Part shown: positions 59,822 to 64,000 of the stretch, piece after piece
Layout of the letters: the number at the start of each line of letters is the position of its first letter
Position numbering within the stretch: position 1 is the first letter of the stretch
Assembly: GCA_049518795.1 (NCBI GenBank)
Contig: JBEKRK010000001.1
Location: forward strand, 583,506-647,505
Direction of reading: 5' to 3'
DNA length: 64,000 nt
DNA from: Sedimentisphaerales bacterium
Lineage (GTDB): Bacteria; Planctomycetota; Phycisphaerae; Sedimentisphaerales; UBA12454
Translations under genes and position numbers: made by a program
The notes under the pieces: generated by a model
What the model saw: the letters and a program-made list of their open reading frames with translations, nothing else
Database searches by the model: none
Told to the model about the DNA's origin: nothing

Positions 59822-59837
59822 TGGCACAACTATTGCA
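59822..59837 (+). promoter_or_regulatory. Sigma54 promoter for amtB1-glnK1
   Basis: TGGCAC-AACTA-TTGCA. Confidence 0.92.
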
Positions 59838-59902
59838 TATAACAACAATGAATAAATTACCAACGAAAACATTTGCATATAAATTGAAAGGAAGTGGTGC
59901 TA

Positions 59903-61228
59903 ATGAAGGTTAGTTTACACAAATTGATATTCTGTATAGTATTTCTGTCTTTCACAGCCAGTCTCTGTCTTGCAGCAGATTCACCCGCCATACCTAATAA
60001 AATAGACAGCGGCGATACTGCCTGGGTGCTTATCTCAACAGCTTTGGTTATGATAATGACGCCTGGGCTGGCATTCTTCTATGGCGGCCTTGTCAGGCGA
60101 AAAAATTATCTCAGCATTCTTATGCAATGTTTCATCGCTCTTGCGGCGTTAAGCATTCAATGGGTATTGATTGGTTATAGTCTATCATTTGCACCGTCAA
60201 ACGGATTCTGGGGCGGTTTTAAATGGTTCGGACTTAATGGAGTCGGATTCGAACCTTACGCCAGCTATAGCGCTACTATTCCGCACCAGGCATTTATGAT
60301 ATTCCAGGCTATGTTCGCAATAATCACGCCCGCCCTTATTATAGGTGCGTTCGCAGAACGAATGAAATTCTCGGCATTTCTGGTCTTTTTACTGCTGTGG
60401 GCGACCTTCGTTTATGACCCGATAGCTCATTGGGTTTGGGGCGTCGGAGGTTGGCTTAGGAATCTTGGAGTACTGGATTTCGCGGGCGGGACGGTGGTTC
60501 ATATAAATGCCGGTATCGCGGCATTAGTTACGGCGTTAATAATAGGCAAAAGGTCGTGCCACGATAAATACGCGGTTGCACCGCATAATCTGCCTTTCAG
60601 CGTTCTGGGGGCAGCGATGCTTTGGTTCGGCTGGTTCGGCTTCAACGCCGGTTCAGCTCTGGGCGCTAATGGTTTAGCTGTCAATGCCTTTGTCGTTACC
60701 AATACCGCGGCGGCAGCGGCTGCCCTGACTTGGGCAATAATCGACTGGATGCTAAACGGCAGTCCGACAATGCTCGGCACTATTTCCGGAGCGGTCGCAG
60801 GACTGGTAGCCATAACGCCTGCCGCAGGGTTTGTCGGTATAGGCGGCGCAATTGGAATTGGTGTAATTGTAAGTATATTGTGCTTCATTGCGGTCAGCTT
60901 TATAAAGCATAAATTCCATTACGACGATTCGCTTGATGCATTTGGAGTTCACGGCATAGGAGGTATGTGGGGTGCAATCGCAACCGGAATATTCGCTACA
61001 AAAGCAGTAAATTCTGCCAGCGCTAATGGTTTGCTCGCAGGCAATCCAAAACAGCTGCTCATCCAACTGGCGGCAACAGCTGCCACTGTTATTTACAGCT
61101 TAATAGCGACATATATCATCTATAAACTCGTTGATATAATAATCGGAGTTAGAGTAACCGATAACGATGAAGCTGTAGGCCTTGACCTGACTCAACATAA
61201 CGAACGTGCCTATACAATGCTCGAATAA
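59903..61228 (+). CDS. amtB: Ammonium transporter 1
   Basis: [48 protein letters not shown] and DAFGVHG. ATG at 59903 (track start GTG 59894). Confidence 0.97.
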   Translation: MKVSLHKLIFCIVFLSFTASLCLAADSPAIPNKIDSGDTAWVLISTALVMIMTPGLAFFYGGLVRRKNYLSILMQCFIALAALSIQWVLIGYSLSFAPSNGFWGGFKWFGLNGVGFEPYASYSATIPHQAFMIFQAMFAIITPALIIGAFAERMKFSAFLVFLLLWATFVYDPIAHWVWGVGGWLRNLGVLDFAGGTVVHINAGIAALVTALIIGKRSCHDKYAVAPHNLPFSVLGAAMLWFGWFGFNAGSALGANGLAVNAFVVTNTAAAAAALTWAIIDWMLNGSPTMLGTISGAVAGLVAITPAAGFVGIGGAIGIGVIVSILCFIAVSFIKHKFHYDDSLDAFGVHGIGGMWGAIATGIFATKAVNSASANGLLAGNPKQLLIQLAATAATVIYSLIATYIIYKLVDIIIGVRVTDNDEAVGLDLTQHNERAYTMLE

Positions 61229-61240
61229 AGGAAACCGAAT

Positions 61241-61582
61241 ATGAAACTGATAATCGCAATAATTCAGCCTCACAGGCTCGAACAAGTAAAAGAAGAGCTT
61301 TATAAAGAAGAAGTCAACCTCATTACCGTAAGCGAGGTTCTCGGCCACGGCAGACAAAAAGGTGTAACCGAAATTTACCGCGGCTCAAAAGAAACAGGTA
61401 ACCTGCTGCGGAAAGTCCGCCTCGAAATAGCGGTAAATGAGAACTTCGTCGAACGGACAATAAAGGCAATAATCGCCGGGGCGAAAACCGGCAATACCGG
61501 CGATGGAAAAATATTCGTTGTGGATCTTCCTGAATGTATCAGAATAAGGACGGAAGAACGCGGCGGTGAAGCAATAGGATAA
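61241..61582 (+). CDS. glnK: P-II protein GlnK1 (Ser49, no Tyr51)
   Basis: Directly follows amtB; [16 protein letters not shown] and [11 protein letters not shown]. Confidence 0.93.
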   Translation: MKLIIAIIQPHRLEQVKEELYKEEVNLITVSEVLGHGRQKGVTEIYRGSKETGNLLRKVRLEIAVNENFVERTIKAIIAGAKTGNTGDGKIFVVDLPECIRIRTEERGGEAIG

Positions 61583-61611
61583 TACCGAACTAAACTGTTG
61601 TTCGTGTAAAA

Positions 61612-61671
61612 GGCACCACTTCCAAAAGTGCCGAGAGATTAGGGAGCCGATTTTTCGTGCCCCTAATTCTC
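61612..61671 (+). ncRNA. Candidate 3'-UTR sRNA / structured element, copy 2
   Basis: First 21 nt identical to copy 1; second hairpin conserved with a compensatory C-G to T-A pair. Confidence 0.6.
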
Positions 61672-61688
61672 TAAAATGTCGCTAAAAA

Positions 61689-61730
61689 TACAAAATTGTA
61701 ATTATCATACCTCTAAATTACAAAAATGTA
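61689..61730. promoter_or_regulatory. Paired TACA-N4-TGTA boxes upstream of amtB2
   Basis: TACAAAATTGTA (61689-700) and TACAAAAATGTA (61719-30). Confidence 0.72.
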
Positions 61731-61808
61731 GTAAGTTGTAGATTGTAAAATAAAACACTAATCACATAAGTATCTTAGTAACCATCACTTATAGTTAAAT
61801 ACGCAGGT

Positions 61809-61824
61809 TGGCATAACTATTGCA
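61809..61824 (+). promoter_or_regulatory. Sigma54 promoter for amtB2-glnK2
   Basis: TGGCAT-AACTA-TTGCA. Confidence 0.88.
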
Positions 61825-61894
61825 CCTAATAATTAAATAAATCTGAATTACTAACTAATACATTAGCATAAAAATAAGAAAGGAAGTGGTGCCA

Positions 61895-63217
61895 ATGAAG
61901 GTTAGTGTTCGCAAACTGGTATTTTGCGCGGTGTTGGTCTGCGCCGCCGTAAGCCTGTGCCCTGCCGAAGGAATATCAACAAACTCCAAAATAGACGGCG
62001 CCGATACCGCATGGGTGCTTATATCGGCTGCACTGGTTATGCTGATGACGCCGGGGCTGGCGTTTTTCTACGGCGGTCTTGTCAGGCGAAAAAATTATCT
62101 CAGCATCCTTATGCAATGCTTCATAGCCTTGGCCGCTCTTAGCATTCAGTGGATAATATTCGGATACAGTCTGTCTTTTTCTCCGGGTAATGGATTTATA
62201 GGCGGCTTACAATGGTTCGGACTTAGAGGAGTCGGACTCGAACCTTATGCTGTTTATAGCGCAACTATTCCGCATCAGGCGTTTATGATTTTCCAGGCAA
62301 TGTTCGCTATAATTACACCTGCACTTATTATTGGTGCGTTCGCAGAGCGGATGAAATTCTCGGCATATCTGATTTTTACGCTGCTTTGGGCGACATTTAT
62401 ATATGACCCGATAGCACACTGGGTCTGGGGCAGCGGCGGATGGCTTAAAAATATGGGTATTATGGATTTTGCAGGCGGCACGGTGGTTCATATAAACGCC
62501 GGCATTGCAGCGTTGGTTACCGCATTAGTAATAGGAAAAAGGTCCTGCTACAATAAATACGCGATTGCGCCGCATAATCTGCCGTTCAGTGTGTTGGGAG
62601 CGGCATTACTGTGGTTCGGCTGGTTTGGCTTTAACGCAGGCAGCGCATTAGCTGCAAACGGCATAGCGGTAAACGCATTTGTTGTTACAAATACCGCAGG
62701 AGCTGCAGCAGCATTAACATGGGCATTGATAGACTGGAAACTTAACGGCAATCCAACAATGCTTGGAACCATATCAGGAGCAATAGCGGGACTTGCGGCA
62801 ATTACGCCAGCGGCAGGATTTGTCGGGGTGGGTGCGGCATTGGTAATCGGTATTGCAGCCAGTATCTTTTGTTTCATTGCCGTCAGTTTTGTGAAACGCA
62901 CATTTCATTACGACGATTCGCTGGACGCATTCGGCGTTCACGGCATAAGCGGTTTCTGGGGAACTTTAGCAACAGGACTGTTCGCATCCAAGGCTATAAA
63001 CCCGGCCGGCGCCAACGGGCTGCTTGCGGGAAACAGCAGGCAATTTTTCATACAGCTTGTCGCGGCAGCAGCAACGGTAGCTTATGCGTTCATTGGCACG
63101 TTCATCATCTACAAAATTATCGATGCGGTCATCGGTGTCAGAGCTACTGAAGAGGAAGAAGCAATCGGGCTTGACCTGACTGAACACAATGAGCGGGCTT
63201 ATACGATGTTAGAGTAA
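61895..63217 (+). CDS. amtB: Ammonium transporter 2
   Basis: Paralog of 59903-61228 with the same motifs. ATG at 61895 (track start GTG 61886). Confidence 0.97.
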   Translation: MKVSVRKLVFCAVLVCAAVSLCPAEGISTNSKIDGADTAWVLISAALVMLMTPGLAFFYGGLVRRKNYLSILMQCFIALAALSIQWIIFGYSLSFSPGNGFIGGLQWFGLRGVGLEPYAVYSATIPHQAFMIFQAMFAIITPALIIGAFAERMKFSAYLIFTLLWATFIYDPIAHWVWGSGGWLKNMGIMDFAGGTVVHINAGIAALVTALVIGKRSCYNKYAIAPHNLPFSVLGAALLWFGWFGFNAGSALAANGIAVNAFVVTNTAGAAAALTWALIDWKLNGNPTMLGTISGAIAGLAAITPAAGFVGVGAALVIGIAASIFCFIAVSFVKRTFHYDDSLDAFGVHGISGFWGTLATGLFASKAINPAGANGLLAGNSRQFFIQLVAAAATVAYAFIGTFIIYKIIDAVIGVRATEEEEAIGLDLTEHNERAYTMLE

Positions 63218-63234
63218 AAGAAAGGAAATCTGTT

Positions 63235-63576
63235 ATGAAACTGATTATAGCCATAATTCAGCCTCACAGGCTCGAACAAGTAAAAGAAGAGCTTTATAAG
63301 GAAGAAGTGAACCTCATTACTGTAAGTGAGGTTCTCGGCCACGGCAGACAAAAAGGCGTTACAGAGGTCTATCGCGGTATGAGAGAAACAGGCAACCTGC
63401 TGCGGAAAATCCGGCTCGAAATAGCGGTAAATGAGAACTACGTTGAACGGACAATAAAGGCAATAATCGCCGGGGCGAAAACGGGTAATACCGGCGATGG
63501 GAAAATATTCGTTGTTGACCTTCCTGAATGTATCAGAATCAGGACGGAAGAACGCGGCGGTGAAGCTATAGGTTGA
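63235..63576 (+). CDS. glnK: P-II protein GlnK2 (Met49, no Tyr51)
   Basis: Differs from GlnK1 at 5 of 113 residues. Confidence 0.93.
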   Translation: MKLIIAIIQPHRLEQVKEELYKEEVNLITVSEVLGHGRQKGVTEVYRGMRETGNLLRKIRLEIAVNENYVERTIKAIIAGAKTGNTGDGKIFVVDLPECIRIRTEERGGEAIG

Positions 63577-63627
63577 AAAACTCAAAACTAACTAAATTGT
63601 ATTTTTTGCGGACAATTCCGTAATAAA

Positions 63628-63669
63628 TACAATAATGTAGATTTATATGTAAATATCTACAAAAATGTA
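63628..63669. promoter_or_regulatory. Paired TACA-N4-TGTA boxes upstream of glnA
   Basis: TACAATAATGTA (63628-39) and TACAAAAATGTA (63658-69). Confidence 0.72.
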
Positions 63670-63758
63670 TGAACGAAAATTTTTATATTGACTTTGTATG
63701 TATTCGTAATATCTTCTACAATAAGAACCTATGAAAATTTATATATCAAAAAGCTGAT

Positions 63759-63774
63759 TGGTATAGTTATTGCA
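63759..63774 (+). promoter_or_regulatory. Sigma54 promoter for glnA
   Basis: TGGTAT-AGTTA-TTGCA. Confidence 0.8.
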
Positions 63775-63852
63775 TATTAACTTTCAGTAAGTTGCTGTCT
63801 ATATAAAAAGTTATGAATAAAAAACAAGATATTGGTTGAAAGGAAATAAGAA

Positions 63853-64000
63853 ATGACCCCCAAAGAATTTTTTGATTTTTGCAAGAAAAACAATGCCGGG
63901 ATGGTCGATTTGAAATTCGTTGACCTTCTGGGCACCTGGCAGCATTGCACATTCCCGGTGGAATTCCTGGACGAAAAGGCTTTAAAGGAAGGTCTCGGTT
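63853..64000 (+). CDS. glnA: Glutamine synthetase type I, 5' part (runs off window end)
   Basis: Hand translation MTPKEFFDFCKKNNAGMVDLKFVDLLGTWQHCTFPVEFLDEKALKEGLG matches the GSI N-terminus (VDLKF.D..G.WQH). Confidence 0.92.
   Translation, partial: MTPKEFFDFCKKNNAGMVDLKFVDLLGTWQHCTFPVEFLDEKALKEGLG

Noticed and set aside
1-64000. CRISPR arrays, tRNA/rRNA genes, integrases or transposases; the many short antisense ORFs in the track
   Set aside because: No regularly spaced repeats or RNA-gene signatures were seen by eye. The overlapping 60-200 aa ORFs are shadows of well-supported genes, including identical shadow ORFs produced by the kinase duplication.

Overview
64 kb of ordinary bacterial chromosome. 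There is no rRNA, tRNA, CRISPR array, prophage or transposase that I can see. Gram-negative envelope genes (kdsB, ArnT-like transferase, porins), dockerin-like C-terminal tails and Zn-ribbon extensions suggest a Planctomycetota, probably Phycisphaerae/Sedimentisphaerales-like, organism; this is inference only. Layout: (1) 1-24.6 kb: envelope, protease and housekeeping genes (gpsA, ArnT-like, hflX, GT4/Wzy, three proteases, ispG, BtuFCD-type ABC transporter, GLUG protein, DAHP synthase, cysK, lepB). (2) 24.6-37.5 kb: a minus-strand signalling block of porin, three orphan substrate-binding lipoproteins, a Cache kinase, two Rcp1-like receivers and a hybrid kinase, plus a multi-PAS kinase that shares a 692-bp near-identical catalytic core with the Cache kinase. 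(3) 37.7-52 kb: housekeeping and Fe-S genes. (4) 52.4-64 kb: a sigma54 nitrogen-assimilation island (NifA-like activator, TorF porin, APC permease-PII fusion, PII, APC permease, two amtB-glnK pairs, start of glnA). Best leads: a twin structured 3'-UTR element whose conserved 12-mer is the reverse complement of the ribosome-binding region of both amtB genes (candidate sRNA circuit); an APC transporter fused to a PII domain; paired TACA-N4-TGTA enhancer boxes before four sigma54 promoters; a 99-bp MITE-like insert that rebuilds a start codon; and a 12-aa Lys-rich micropeptide with a structured 3' RNA. All comparisons were made by eye and no searches were run.
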